Shown: positions 49,214 through 58,320 of the stretch, in pieces
Layout of the letters: each line of letters opens with the position of its first letter
Numbering within the stretch: the stretch's first letter is position 1
Sequence record: OL770073.2
DNA from: Escherichia phage vB_EcoM-RPN226
Length of the DNA: 64,000 nt
Direction: 5' to 3' (one strand)
The notes under the pieces: generated by a model
What the model was told of the DNA's origin: nothing
Seen by the model: the letters and a program-made list of their open reading frames with translations, nothing else
The model's database searches: none
Program-made: the position numbers and the translations under genes

Positions 49214-49253
49214 GTTTACTTTTCCTCTTGACTGTGGTATAATTTTTCTATCA
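49214..49253 (+). promoter_or_regulatory. early promoter for regB
   Basis: GTTTAC 49214-49219, TGgTATAAT with TATAAT at 49248-49253. Confidence 0.65.
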
Positions 49254-49270
49254 GTTAAGAGGAGAATAAC

Positions 49271-49732
49271 ATGACTATCAACACAGAAGTTTTTATCCGT
49301 CGAAATAAACTCCGTCGTCACTTTGAGTCGGAGTTTCGTCAAATTAACAATGAGATTCGTGAGGCATCAAAAGCAGCAGGGGTCTCATCGTTTCATCTAA
49401 AATATTCTCAGCATCTTCTTGATCGTGCAATTCAACGGGAGATCGATGAGACATATGTTTTTGAATTATTCCATAAAATAAAAGACCATGTTTTAGAAGT
49501 TAATGAATTCCTGAGTATGCCTCCGCGTCCTGACATTGACGAGGATTTTATTGATGGGGTTGAATATCGTCCTGGGCGTTTAGAAATCACAGATGGAAAT
49601 CTTTGGCTTGGATTTACAGTTTGTAAACCTAATGCGAAGTTCAAAGACCCGTCACTTCAATGTAGGATGGCCATTATCAACAGTCGTCGTTTACCAGGAA
49701 AGGCTTCTAAAGCAGTAATTAAAACTCAATGA
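49271..49732 (+). CDS. regB: endoribonuclease RegB
   Basis: 153 aa, matches T4 RegB length and position; early promoter with TATAAT at 49248. Confidence 0.8.
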   Translation: MTINTEVFIRRNKLRRHFESEFRQINNEIREASKAAGVSSFHLKYSQHLLDRAIQREIDETYVFELFHKIKDHVLEVNEFLSMPPRPDIDEDFIDGVEYRPGRLEITDGNLWLGFTVCKPNAKFKDPSLQCRMAIINSRRLPGKASKAVIKTQ

Positions 49733-49739
49733 GGTAAGC

Positions 49740-50285
49740 ATGAGAAAAGCACTACTCGCTGGTCTATTGGCCATTTCAATGATGGCACATAGCTCCGAGC
49801 ATACTTTCAGTAATGTCCAACTCGATAACATGCGTTACGCGTATCAATTCGGGGAACAATTTTCTAAGGATGGAAAATATAAAACACACAAAAATATCCA
49901 CAAGAGCGGATTAGGTCATATAATGGCTGCTATTTTATGGCAAGAAAGCTCTGCCGGAGTTAATTTAAAATCTAAGCCAAAGCATCATGCCTACGGAATG
50001 TTCCAAAATTATTTGCCGACCATGCGTGCAAGAGTTAAGGAACTTGGTTATAATATGACCGATGCCGAAATAAAAAGAATGTTGAATAAACGGTCCAATT
50101 CAGCTTCCTGGGCGTACATTGAACTTTCTTATTGGTTAAATATACATAAGGGTGATATAAGAAAGGCAATATCCTCTTATAATTCGGGATGGAATGTTAA
50201 AGCAGGTTCTAAATATGCTTCTGAAGTCCTAGAAAAGGCTAATTACCTTAAAAATAATAAACTTTTGGAAATAGTAAATGACTAA
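49740..50285 (+). CDS. secreted lytic transglycosylase-like protein
   Basis: N-terminal signal peptide; SLT-like motifs WQESS, GMFQ, SYNSG. Confidence 0.5.
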   Translation: MRKALLAGLLAISMMAHSSEHTFSNVQLDNMRYAYQFGEQFSKDGKYKTHKNIHKSGLGHIMAAILWQESSAGVNLKSKPKHHAYGMFQNYLPTMRARVKELGYNMTDAEIKRMLNKRSNSASWAYIELSYWLNIHKGDIRKAISSYNSGWNVKAGSKYASEVLEKANYLKNNKLLEIVND

Positions 50286-50625
50286 AATTTTGGTTTTATG
50301 CATAGGATTAATTTCATTTTCTGCTTCTGCGTCAGCAGATGCATCATATACTGAAATTAGAGAATATGTAAACCGTACTGCCGCGGATTATTGTGGGAAA
50401 AATAAAGCATGCCAAGCTGAATTTGCGCAGAAATTAATATATGCATATAAAGACGGGGAAAGAGATAAATTAAGCAGATACAAAAATGATACTTTATTAA
50501 AACGATATGCTAAAAAGTGGAATACCTTAGAATGTTCAGTTGCGGAGGAGAAAGATAAAGCCGCTTGTCATTCAATGGTTGACCGTTTGGTAGATTCTTA
50601 TAATCGAGGATTGAGTACTAAATGA
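50278..50625 (+). CDS. secreted/periplasmic small protein
   Basis: 115 aa, signal peptide MTKILVLCIGLISFSASASA, four Cys. Confidence 0.45.
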   Translation: MTKILVLCIGLISFSASASADASYTEIREYVNRTAADYCGKNKACQAEFAQKLIYAYKDGERDKLSRYKNDTLLKRYAKKWNTLECSVAEEKDKAACHSMVDRLVDSYNRGLSTK

Positions 50626-51089
50626 TTGTAAAATATATCAAGGGCGATATTGTCGCCCTGTTTTCTAAAGGTAATAATATTGCTCATGGGTGTAATTGTT
50701 TTCATACAATGGGCGCCGGTGTGGCAGGACAATTAGCAAAGGCTTATCCAAAAATTCTGGAAGCTGATAAACTACAGACTGAATGGGGTGATGTAACTAA
50801 ACTTGGTTCTTATTCAGTCTATGAAAAATACTTTAGGACCCATAAAGCTTATTGCTTTAATCTTTATACACAGTTTGAGCCGGGACCTAATTTTGAGTAC
50901 TTTGCTTTAATGAATTGTATAATAGAATTAAATGAATTCGGAAAGAATAAAATAACAAAGCCTGTAATTTATATGCCAAGAATTGGTGCAGGTATCGGTG
51001 GCGGAAACTGGGATGTAATCGAAGAGATTTTAGATACGTATTCCACTAAACTAGAAATTGTGATTGTTGATTGGGAACCATTATTATGA
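50622..51089 (+). CDS. macro-domain-like protein (possible ADP-ribose derivative processing)
   Basis: motif AHGCNCFHTMGAGVAGQLAKAYP and later PRIGAGIGGGNW, reminiscent of Poa1-type macro domains. Confidence 0.45.
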   Translation: MIVKYIKGDIVALFSKGNNIAHGCNCFHTMGAGVAGQLAKAYPKILEADKLQTEWGDVTKLGSYSVYEKYFRTHKAYCFNLYTQFEPGPNFEYFALMNCIIELNEFGKNKITKPVIYMPRIGAGIGGGNWDVIEEILDTYSTKLEIVIVDWEPLL

Positions 51090-51298
51090 ATATACATTAT
51101 CCACATCCATACGACCCAAAGAATAAGGCAGTAATTATTCGTCAATGGGAACGCATTTGCCGTACTAAATGTCCAATTAATAGTCCGCATGATGTAGATA
51201 AAGACTACATTGGAACATTCGTCGAATATACCTTTATTGATAAGAAAGGTCGTAAACAGCATGTAGAAGAATACTGCTTAAAGGTGACATGGTTATGA
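51086..51298 (+). CDS. hypothetical protein
   Basis: start MNIHYPH overlapping previous stop. Confidence 0.4.
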   Translation: MNIHYPHPYDPKNKAVIIRQWERICRTKCPINSPHDVDKDYIGTFVEYTFIDKKGRKQHVEEYCLKVTWL

Positions 51299-51480
51299 GT
51301 TTAAGTAAAGAACAAAAAGACAAACTCTTTTCTCTTATCCATGGAGTTATGGATAAAAATAGTGAATTGGAAAAAGTTTGTGATGAATGCGGTCCTTTTA
51401 GCGCAAACGAGTACGAAGAACTTTCTAAAGAATTCGATAATAAAGAACAAGAACTCATTGATTATATAAATTCCTTATGA
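51289..51480 (+). CDS. hypothetical protein
   Basis: 63-aa ORF in operon context. Confidence 0.35.
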   Translation: MVMSLSKEQKDKLFSLIHGVMDKNSELEKVCDECGPFSANEYEELSKEFDNKEQELIDYINSL

Positions 51481-51665
51481 TTACTCGCGAACAAAAGAAC
51501 GAAATATTATTTTTAGTTAGTGAAATTATTAGTTTAGAAAAGGATTTGTCTTTTGAATTATCTTCTGATTATGGAGATGACGAAACATATTACGAATTAG
51601 TAAAATCTATCGATAAAGCTGAAAATGATTTAAAAACATATTTAGAAAATTTAACTAAGGGCTAA
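51477..51665 (+). CDS. hypothetical protein
   Basis: 62-aa ORF in operon context, similar length and composition to the preceding ORF. Confidence 0.35.
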   Translation: MITREQKNEILFLVSEIISLEKDLSFELSSDYGDDETYYELVKSIDKAENDLKTYLENLTKG

Positions 51666-51666
51666 G

Positions 51667-52248
51667 ATGGCGAGTTTAATTTTTACTTATGCAGCAATGA
51701 ATGCTGGAAAATCTGCTTCTCTTTTGACTGCTGCGCATAATTATAAAGAACGTGGAATGAGTGTATTAGTTCTTAAGCCTGCTATTGATACTCGCGATTC
51801 TGTCTGTGAAGTCGTTTCTCGCATTGGAATTAAGCAGGAAGCGAATATTATTACAGATGATATGGATATTTTTGAGTTCTATAAATGGGCTGAAGCACAA
51901 AAAGATATTCATTGCGTATTTGTAGATGAAGCACAGTTTTTAAAAACTGAACAGGTGCATCAATTAAGCCGAATTGTCGATACATATAATGTTCCTGTTA
52001 TGGCTTATGGTCTAAGGACTGATTTCGCTGGAAAATTATTTGAAGGTTCTAAAGAACTTTTGGCGATTGCAGATAAACTTATTGAACTAAAAGCAGTTTG
52101 TCATTGCGGTAAAAAAGCGATTATGACAGCTCGATTAATGGAAGATGGAACACCAGTTAAAGAAGGTAATCAAATCTGTATTGGTGATGAAATTTATGTT
52201 TCTTTGTGCAGAAAACATTGGAATGAATTAACTAAAAAGCTCGGTTAG
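51667..52248 (+). CDS. tk: thymidine kinase
   Basis: 193 aa, P-loop AMNAGKSAS, C-terminal Cys cluster; matches T4 Tk. Confidence 0.9.
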   Translation: MASLIFTYAAMNAGKSASLLTAAHNYKERGMSVLVLKPAIDTRDSVCEVVSRIGIKQEANIITDDMDIFEFYKWAEAQKDIHCVFVDEAQFLKTEQVHQLSRIVDTYNVPVMAYGLRTDFAGKLFEGSKELLAIADKLIELKAVCHCGKKAIMTARLMEDGTPVKEGNQICIGDEIYVSLCRKHWNELTKKLG

Positions 52249-52290
52249 TGCAAAAGTTATAAATAGGTTTATCTAACTAAAGGGGTATAT

Positions 52291-52503
52291 ATGCTACAAT
52301 TAACTGAAAAGCAACTTCGCAATCTTACTGTTCTTCAATTAGATGAAATTCGTAGGGAAGTTGGAAATATCATTTCAGCTTTGCGTCGAGAAGTATCACT
52401 CAACCAATCTCCGGCAGACTATACTAGATTGCGAAATTTTGAAAAATACCTTGATAAAGTTAAGGCCGTGCATCGGCACAAAGTAAATACAGGACAAAAA
52501 TGA
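52291..52503 (+). CDS. hypothetical protein (rI.-1-like position)
   Basis: 70-aa ORF with RBS aaagggg. Confidence 0.4.
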
Positions 52504-52515
52504 TAGGAGGCCTTT

Positions 52516-52809
52516 ATGGCCTTAAAAGCAACGGCACTATTTGCCATGCTAGGATTAGCGTTTGCTTTATCTCCACCGATTGAAGCGAATGTCGATCCTC
52601 ATTTTGATAAATTTATGGAATCTGGTATTAGACATGTTTATATGCTTTTTGAAAATAAAAGCGTAGAATCATCTGAACAGTTCTATAGTTTTATGCGAAC
52701 GACCTATAAAAATGACCCGTGCTCTTCAGATTTTGAATGTATAGAGCGAGGCGCGGAGATGGCACAATCATACGCTAGAATTATGAACATTAAATTGGAG
52801 ATTGAATGA
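52516..52809 (+). CDS. rI: lysis inhibition regulator RI
   Basis: 97 aa with N-terminal signal-anchor; matches remembered T4 RI. Confidence 0.7.
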   Translation: MALKATALFAMLGLAFALSPPIEANVDPHFDKFMESGIRHVYMLFENKSVESSEQFYSFMRTTYKNDPCSSDFECIERGAEMAQSYARIMNIKLEIE

Positions 52810-53192
52810 AATTCAGCGACTTTTCACAAAGTGGAAAACCTTCAAAGGCAGATGAATACTTAGGTTTATTAATGGCTGCACAAGCTTATTTTCATTCTGC
52901 GCATTTTGAAACTAAAAGTTATGCTAGACACAAAGCATACGATTTTATTTTCTCTGAGTTGCCAGATTTGATTGATAAATTTGGTGAGCAATATTTGGGG
53001 TATTCTGGTAGAAAATACACACCTTCTATTCCAGATGCCAGTAAACTTCCTACCGACACAATTAAAATGATTGATCGCATACTAGACCAATCTAACAGCA
53101 TTTACAAAGAAATGCCTCCAGCCATTCAAAGCACGATAGATGATATTACTGGAATGTTTTATCAAAGTAAATATCTTCTTTCTCTCGAATAA
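52806..53192 (+). CDS. hypothetical protein (rI.1-like position)
   Basis: 128 aa, ATGA overlap with rI, followed by terminator. Confidence 0.45.
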   Translation: MKFSDFSQSGKPSKADEYLGLLMAAQAYFHSAHFETKSYARHKAYDFIFSELPDLIDKFGEQYLGYSGRKYTPSIPDASKLPTDTIKMIDRILDQSNSIYKEMPPAIQSTIDDITGMFYQSKYLLSLE

Positions 53193-53196
53193 CATT

Positions 53197-53220
53197 AGTC
53201 TCCTTCGGGAGACTTTTTTC
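53197..53220 (+). terminator. rho-independent terminator after rI.1-like gene
   Basis: AGTCTCC-TTCG-GGAGACT hairpin followed by TTTTTTC. Confidence 0.7.
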
Positions 53221-53229
53221 ATTTTACCG

Positions 53230-53262
53230 GTTTACTTTCCACTTGAGCTGTGATACTATACA
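53230..53262 (+). promoter_or_regulatory. early promoter
   Basis: GTTTAC 53230-53235, GATACTATACAACC -10 region. Confidence 0.6.
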
Positions 53263-53287
53263 ACCATCAGATAAAGAGGAGAACATC

Positions 53288-53476
53288 ATGAAAATTGAAG
53301 CACTTAATAAAGAAGGAAATATCTACGTCATCATTAATGGTGATTTTTTCGTCGACATGGATGAAGTTACCAGTGAAGAACTTGTAGAACTTCTTAAGAA
53401 ACGTTATGATATGTGTGATGAAGCTGCAACTCATATGGCGTGTGCAATATTCTCTCTTTCATATGTGGTGGAATAA
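53288..53476 (+). CDS. hypothetical protein
   Basis: start ATG 53288 after AAAGAGGAGAA, downstream of early promoter. Confidence 0.4.
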   Translation: MKIEALNKEGNIYVIINGDFFVDMDEVTSEELVELLKKRYDMCDEAATHMACAIFSLSYVVE

Positions 53477-53679
53477 TGATTAGTATCGAACAAGCAGATA
53501 AAATTAAAGAATTGGTAGCTTTAATTCGCAAAGCAGATGAGGAACTTAGTGACTTTGCTTGGTTTTCGTCAGGCATTGCAAATAAAGGCGCTGAAGAACT
53601 TGAAGCTAAAGTTGATAATGCTGTAGAAGCTTTAGATATGTTTCTTGATGAAATTATCGATCACAATACGAGAGTTTAA
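53476..53679 (+). CDS. hypothetical protein
   Basis: start MISIEQADK overlapping previous stop. Confidence 0.4.
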   Translation: MISIEQADKIKELVALIRKADEELSDFAWFSSGIANKGAEELEAKVDNAVEALDMFLDEIIDHNTRV

Positions 53680-53681
53680 GT

Positions 53682-53882
53682 ATGCTGACACACGAACAGT
53701 TTGAAAAAATCATTAAATTAGCACGTGATGTTGAAATAGATTCATATCAATTAGCAGTTGAGCATTGTGAAGGATATTCATATGAAGGTATAGCAGCAGC
53801 TAAAAGAGATTTGGATGAATCTAAAGCTAAGTTAGTTCAATATCTTGAAATGATTAGGTGGAATAATGAAAACTGTAGTTAA
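53682..53882 (+). CDS. hypothetical protein
   Basis: 66-aa ORF, similar helical composition to previous small ORF. Confidence 0.4.
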   Translation: MLTHEQFEKIIKLARDVEIDSYQLAVEHCEGYSYEGIAAAKRDLDESKAKLVQYLEMIRWNNENCS

Positions 53883-54876
53883 GTCTTATTTTGGTAGTCA
53901 TCTTTATGGAACTTCTACTCCAGAATCTGATGTAGATTTTAAAGAAATCTTTGTTCCTCCTGCTCGTGATATTCTTATTGGAAATGTTAAAGAGCATATG
54001 AGCAAAAACACTAACAACACATCATCTAAAAACACTAAAGATGATATTGACCATGAACTATACAGTCTTAAGTATTTCTTTAAATTAGCAGCAGATGGTG
54101 AAACCGTAGCATTGGATATGCTCCACACTCCACCTGAACTGGTAGTTAAATCTGATTTGCCTGATGTATGGAAGTTTATTCAAGACAATCGTTCTCGTTT
54201 TTATACGACTAACATGAAATCCTATTTAGGATATGTCCGCAAGCAAGCTTCTAAATACGGTGTCAAGGGTTCTCGTTTGGCCGCATTACGTGATGTATTG
54301 AAAGTAGTTAATCAAATCCCTGACCAGTGGGTCGACTATCAAGAAGGAATCCCTGATAGACTTCGTCGCACTAAAGTTGAAGATATTAAGCATCGTCTTC
54401 CAGAAAACGAGTTCTGCGAATGGGTATTCTATAATCATGAGAAAACAGGCCCGCAAACGTTCTATACTGTGTTGAGTCGTAAATATCAGACTACACTTTC
54501 TCTTATTGAGCTTAAGCAGTCTTTGAATAAACTTGATGCTGAATATGGTGAACGTGCTCGTAAAGCTGAAGCGAATGAGGGTATTGACTGGAAAGCTCTG
54601 AGTCATGCTTGTCGTGGTGGACTCCAACTATTGGAAATTTACAAAACCGGTGACTTAGTTTATCCACTTCAAGACGCTCCATTTATTCTCGACGTGAAGC
54701 TGGGTAAGCATCCATTTAAAACTGTTCAAGAGTTTTTGGAAGATGTGGTCGATCAAGTAGAAGCAGCATCCATTGAAGCTTCTAAGAACGGTATGCAACA
54801 AAAAGTAGACATGGGTTTCTGGGATGACTTCCTTGAGAGGGTTTATCTTGAAAACCATCGAAGTTATTATAAATGA
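53866..54876 (+). CDS. Pol-beta-superfamily nucleotidyltransferase-like protein
   Basis: N-terminal signature GSHLYGTSTPESDVDFKEIFV (GS, spacer, DxD); 336 aa; followed by strong terminator. Confidence 0.55.
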   Translation: MKTVVKSYFGSHLYGTSTPESDVDFKEIFVPPARDILIGNVKEHMSKNTNNTSSKNTKDDIDHELYSLKYFFKLAADGETVALDMLHTPPELVVKSDLPDVWKFIQDNRSRFYTTNMKSYLGYVRKQASKYGVKGSRLAALRDVLKVVNQIPDQWVDYQEGIPDRLRRTKVEDIKHRLPENEFCEWVFYNHEKTGPQTFYTVLSRKYQTTLSLIELKQSLNKLDAEYGERARKAEANEGIDWKALSHACRGGLQLLEIYKTGDLVYPLQDAPFILDVKLGKHPFKTVQEFLEDVVDQVEAASIEASKNGMQQKVDMGFWDDFLERVYLENHRSYYK

Positions 54877-54878
54877 TA

Positions 54879-54907
54879 GGGAGCCTTCGGGCTCCCTTTT
54901 TTATTTC
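54879..54907 (+). terminator. rho-independent terminator after nucleotidyltransferase gene
   Basis: GGGAGCC-TTCG-GGCTCCC hairpin followed by TTTTTTATTT. Confidence 0.75.
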
Positions 54908-54926
54908 AAAAATTTTTCACAAAACT

Positions 54927-54965
54927 GTTTACAAGCATAAAGCTTTATGGTACTATACAACTATC
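54927..54965 (+). promoter_or_regulatory. early promoter module for AAA+ ATPase gene
   Basis: TTTTCACAAAAC upstream element, GTTTAC 54927-54932, GGTACTATACAACTATCAACT. Confidence 0.6.
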
Positions 54966-54990
54966 AACTGATACGGATTTGGAGAATAAA

Positions 54991-55959
54991 ATGAAAACTG
55001 TAACTATCAATAAGGGTATCTACTTCGGTAAAGAAATCTCTGGAACTTTTGAGCTCTTAGGCGAATGGTTCCCAGATAATGCTCCGGTAGATGCACAAGG
55101 AGATGGTAAAGTTTTTGTTGAAATTGACGGTAAACGTCGCGGTGTTTGGGTTTACAAATCAGATATTTCATATGATGGTGTAAAAGTTGAAGAAGTTAAA
55201 GAATCGTATGAAGATATGAAAACCCGCATTAATAAAAGATTTAACGTTATGGGAATGATGACGAACGGTATTATTAATGGAAATATTCGTTCATTAATTA
55301 TCTCTGGCGCAGCAGGTATTGGTAAAACGTATTCTTTAGATAAAGCTTTAAATAAAGCAAATGATATTGGATACATTGAATATAAAAGCATTAATGGTAA
55401 AATCTCTGGTATTGGTCTTTATGAGCAGCTTTGGAATAATCGTGAAGAGAATTCTGTCCTTTTGATTGATGATGTGGATGTTTTCTCTGATATGGATATT
55501 CTTAATCTTCTAAAAGCCGCTCTGGACACCGGAGAGACCCGTAAAGTCTGCTGGAGCACTGCGTCTTCTTACTTAGAAGAAAAAGGCATTGAGCGTGAGT
55601 TTGAATTTAAAGGAACGATTGTTTTTATCACAAACGTTGACATTGACCGCGAATTAGACCGTGGTACTAAACTTGCTCCACACTTACAAGCATTAGTGTC
55701 CCGCTCAGTTTATTTGGATTTGGGTGTTCATACTAATGAAGAAATTATGGTCAGGGTTGAAGATGTTATTCTTTCAACTGACATGATGCAAAAGCGCGGT
55801 CTTTCTGATGAAGAAACTTATAAAGCATTATCATGGATGAAAGTTAATGTTAATCGTTTACGCAATGTTTCACTGCGTACTGCTCTTTATCTTGCTGACT
55901 TTATTATGACCGACAAAAACGGTTGGGAAGAAATTGCTGAGGTTACTCTTCTGAAATAA
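54991..55959 (+). CDS. AAA+ ATPase
   Basis: Walker A GAAGIGKT, Walker B VLLIDDVD; start ATG 54991 after GGAG. Confidence 0.6.
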   Translation: MKTVTINKGIYFGKEISGTFELLGEWFPDNAPVDAQGDGKVFVEIDGKRRGVWVYKSDISYDGVKVEEVKESYEDMKTRINKRFNVMGMMTNGIINGNIRSLIISGAAGIGKTYSLDKALNKANDIGYIEYKSINGKISGIGLYEQLWNNREENSVLLIDDVDVFSDMDILNLLKAALDTGETRKVCWSTASSYLEEKGIEREFEFKGTIVFITNVDIDRELDRGTKLAPHLQALVSRSVYLDLGVHTNEEIMVRVEDVILSTDMMQKRGLSDEETYKALSWMKVNVNRLRNVSLRTALYLADFIMTDKNGWEEIAEVTLLK

Positions 55960-56060
55960 TTCATAAGAGGACTTCTATGACAAAAAGGCAGTTCAGAAAT
56001 AGATTATATGGACTGCCATTTAAAAGATGACTAGAATTAAACTGGTGAATGGAGGTAGTG

Positions 56061-56363
56061 ATGTTATACTCAAAGGCTCGTGAAATTTACGAAACTAAGA
56101 TTAAAGAAGCAGTATTTCAATTCGCAACGACAATGCGATGGACAAATGACTGGGAGTATTCAAAAAATCATAAGAAGCCCATGGTGACAAGAAAGGCTCA
56201 TATGTTAGTGTTAATAGACCGTGAGCAGATTAAAGCCCGAGAAGCCCTCCAGAATCATAAAAAGGCTGCCTTTGAATGGTTTATGGATAACACTGCTCCT
56301 GAGACTAAGAAAGCAGTAAGCGCATGGTTCAGTGGAAAAAATTGTGAAAGAAGTTTCTTTTAG
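56061..56363 (+). CDS. hypothetical protein
   Basis: start after GGAGGTAGTG. Confidence 0.4.
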   Translation: MLYSKAREIYETKIKEAVFQFATTMRWTNDWEYSKNHKKPMVTRKAHMLVLIDREQIKAREALQNHKKAAFEWFMDNTAPETKKAVSAWFSGKNCERSFF

Positions 56364-56365
56364 TG

Positions 56366-56405
56366 GTTTACAAGACTGTTCCTCTGTGGTACTATACAAC
56401 TATCA
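56366..56405 (+). promoter_or_regulatory. early promoter module
   Basis: GTTTAC 56366-56371, GGTACTATACAACTATCAACT. Confidence 0.6.
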
Positions 56406-56423
56406 ACTATGGAGGAACACAAA

Positions 56424-56951
56424 ATGAATGCTAAAGATATTTTCAACTTGGTAAATTACAACGATGGTAAATTTAAATCTGAAGCACAAAGCAAGTTCTT
56501 TAATGACATCTCAATCGGAGGTGAAATCACAGTTGATGGAGGACAAATTTACAAATCCCGTTGGAATTGGATCGTTATTATTGATGAGATTGGTATTGTC
56601 GAAATTTACAAAAATACGAATAAAAATCGTACATTACACTGGTCTCGTGATACTAACGAACAGTACAAAAAGGATAAAGCATCTAAATTATCTCGTGTAA
56701 CTCAAGAAGATATTGAGTTCATCAAGAAAGATATTTTAATGTATGATAACTTAATTGCTGAAGAGCAAGCTGTTATTGATAAATTTGATGAGATTAAAGC
56801 TTCTCGTGAAATTCCTGATTTTATGAAAGAATCAGTAAATGAACGATACACTCTCATTTCAGAGCGTATTGAAACTTACAAAAAGCAAAGAGCTGAACGC
56901 CAAAATACTCTTCGGAAGTTTGAAGAACGGTTAAAGACGGTACTCGCATAA
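56424..56951 (+). CDS. hypothetical protein with C-terminal coiled coil
   Basis: start ATG 56424 after GGAGGAA, downstream of early promoter. Confidence 0.45.
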   Translation: MNAKDIFNLVNYNDGKFKSEAQSKFFNDISIGGEITVDGGQIYKSRWNWIVIIDEIGIVEIYKNTNKNRTLHWSRDTNEQYKKDKASKLSRVTQEDIEFIKKDILMYDNLIAEEQAVIDKFDEIKASREIPDFMKESVNERYTLISERIETYKKQRAERQNTLRKFEERLKTVLA

Positions 56952-57006
56952 CCGCTTTATACCAAGGATGGTATAATGGTTCTAAGCCCTTTTAATTGAG
57001 ATTATT

Positions 57007-57414
57007 ATGAAACAGTTGATAATTAAAAGATTGAATTTATTGATATGTTGTTTATGTGTAGTAGTTGCATACGGTTATTACGCAATTAATGATTATATGC
57101 ATTATAAAGATTATGATGTTACTGTAGTTAATACCATTACAGGAACACAAGGAAAAGGGTCTAGTTTATCGTTTATTGCCGTATATGAACTTAAAGACGG
57201 TTATAGATTTAGTGAATATATTTCCCCAGAGATGTATTCTTCAATAGAAAAAGGTGATAATATTACTGTAAGTTTACGTCCTTTCGACGTAAAACAGACA
57301 CTGTTTGATAATATTGTTTGGTTCTTTGGGATGGTATTAGTTCAATCCGTGTGTGGCGCTTATGTAGTCTGTTCAATCATATTCTGTGTATTTAGTAAAA
57401 TTGAAATTGAGTGA
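57007..57414 (+). CDS. membrane protein
   Basis: N-terminal and C-terminal hydrophobic helices. Confidence 0.4.
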   Translation: MKQLIIKRLNLLICCLCVVVAYGYYAINDYMHYKDYDVTVVNTITGTQGKGSSLSFIAVYELKDGYRFSEYISPEMYSSIEKGDNITVSLRPFDVKQTLFDNIVWFFGMVLVQSVCGAYVVCSIIFCVFSKIEIE

Positions 57415-57421
57415 GGAAAAT

Positions 57422-58312
57422 ATGTCAGTAGTAATTAATAATGTTAATGCAGTAATTAAATCTTTAGTTAATAAAAAAATGATGAATGAATGGACTGTAT
57501 TTCGCCGTGGAGAGCCAGATAAATTTTTTCATAGATTTAACTCAACTCTGAATTTGAATGTTATTGACAGAGATGTTCATGCCGAAATTTTAGATAAGTT
57601 TAAAGTTGATATTGGATTTGGATTAGAAAAACATCTACAGCGAACAAATGGGTCTGGAATGAGTTTATCTAATCGCATTATGAAAGCCCTTAATAAAATT
57701 GGAGCATTGTCTCGTATTAACGCGAGTGAAATCCTTCGTAATTACAATAAAGGATATGACCTTTATGGTCGACTAATGCCGAAGTTATCATTTGACCAAA
57801 TGATTGCGGATTTGTGGGAAAATCAACGCCGATTATTAGCATTAGGCGCTCGATTAGCTAAAGGTCTAGATAAACAAATGATTTTTAAGACCAATAATAC
57901 AGAAGACCTTAAATGCTTTAAATTTAGTATTCGTGGCGATGATTATTACATCAGAGCCCACTCTACAGATTATGTTAATATGGGGCATCATCTCTGTTTA
58001 GCTTTTGAAGTTTTAAAAGAAGCTGGAACACTAGAATATTCATCTGGTGCTAAATGCCCTATTGGTTCAAGTTGTATTTTAATTTATCGACCGGATGAAT
58101 CCAGTTCAACTAAATTGCCTACAAAACCTGTGCTAGTTCGTAGTAACGAAAAACATTCTGAACAAATTGATTATTTTAATAAGCAGATTGAAGAGCTGAA
58201 TATTTCTATTCAACAATATGATGATGAAATTTTCAGACTATCTGAATTGAGTAGTAAAGCTAAATCTGAGCGTGAAAAGTTAATTAAAATTGTTGATTTA
58301 CTTAAATCTTAA
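57422..58312 (+). CDS. hypothetical protein with C-terminal coiled coil
   Basis: start MSVVINN after GAGTGAGGAAAA; C-terminal heptad segment. Confidence 0.45.
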   Translation: MSVVINNVNAVIKSLVNKKMMNEWTVFRRGEPDKFFHRFNSTLNLNVIDRDVHAEILDKFKVDIGFGLEKHLQRTNGSGMSLSNRIMKALNKIGALSRINASEILRNYNKGYDLYGRLMPKLSFDQMIADLWENQRRLLALGARLAKGLDKQMIFKTNNTEDLKCFKFSIRGDDYYIRAHSTDYVNMGHHLCLAFEVLKEAGTLEYSSGAKCPIGSSCILIYRPDESSSTKLPTKPVLVRSNEKHSEQIDYFNKQIEELNISIQQYDDEIFRLSELSSKAKSEREKLIKIVDLLKS

Positions 58313-58320
58313 GGAACACC

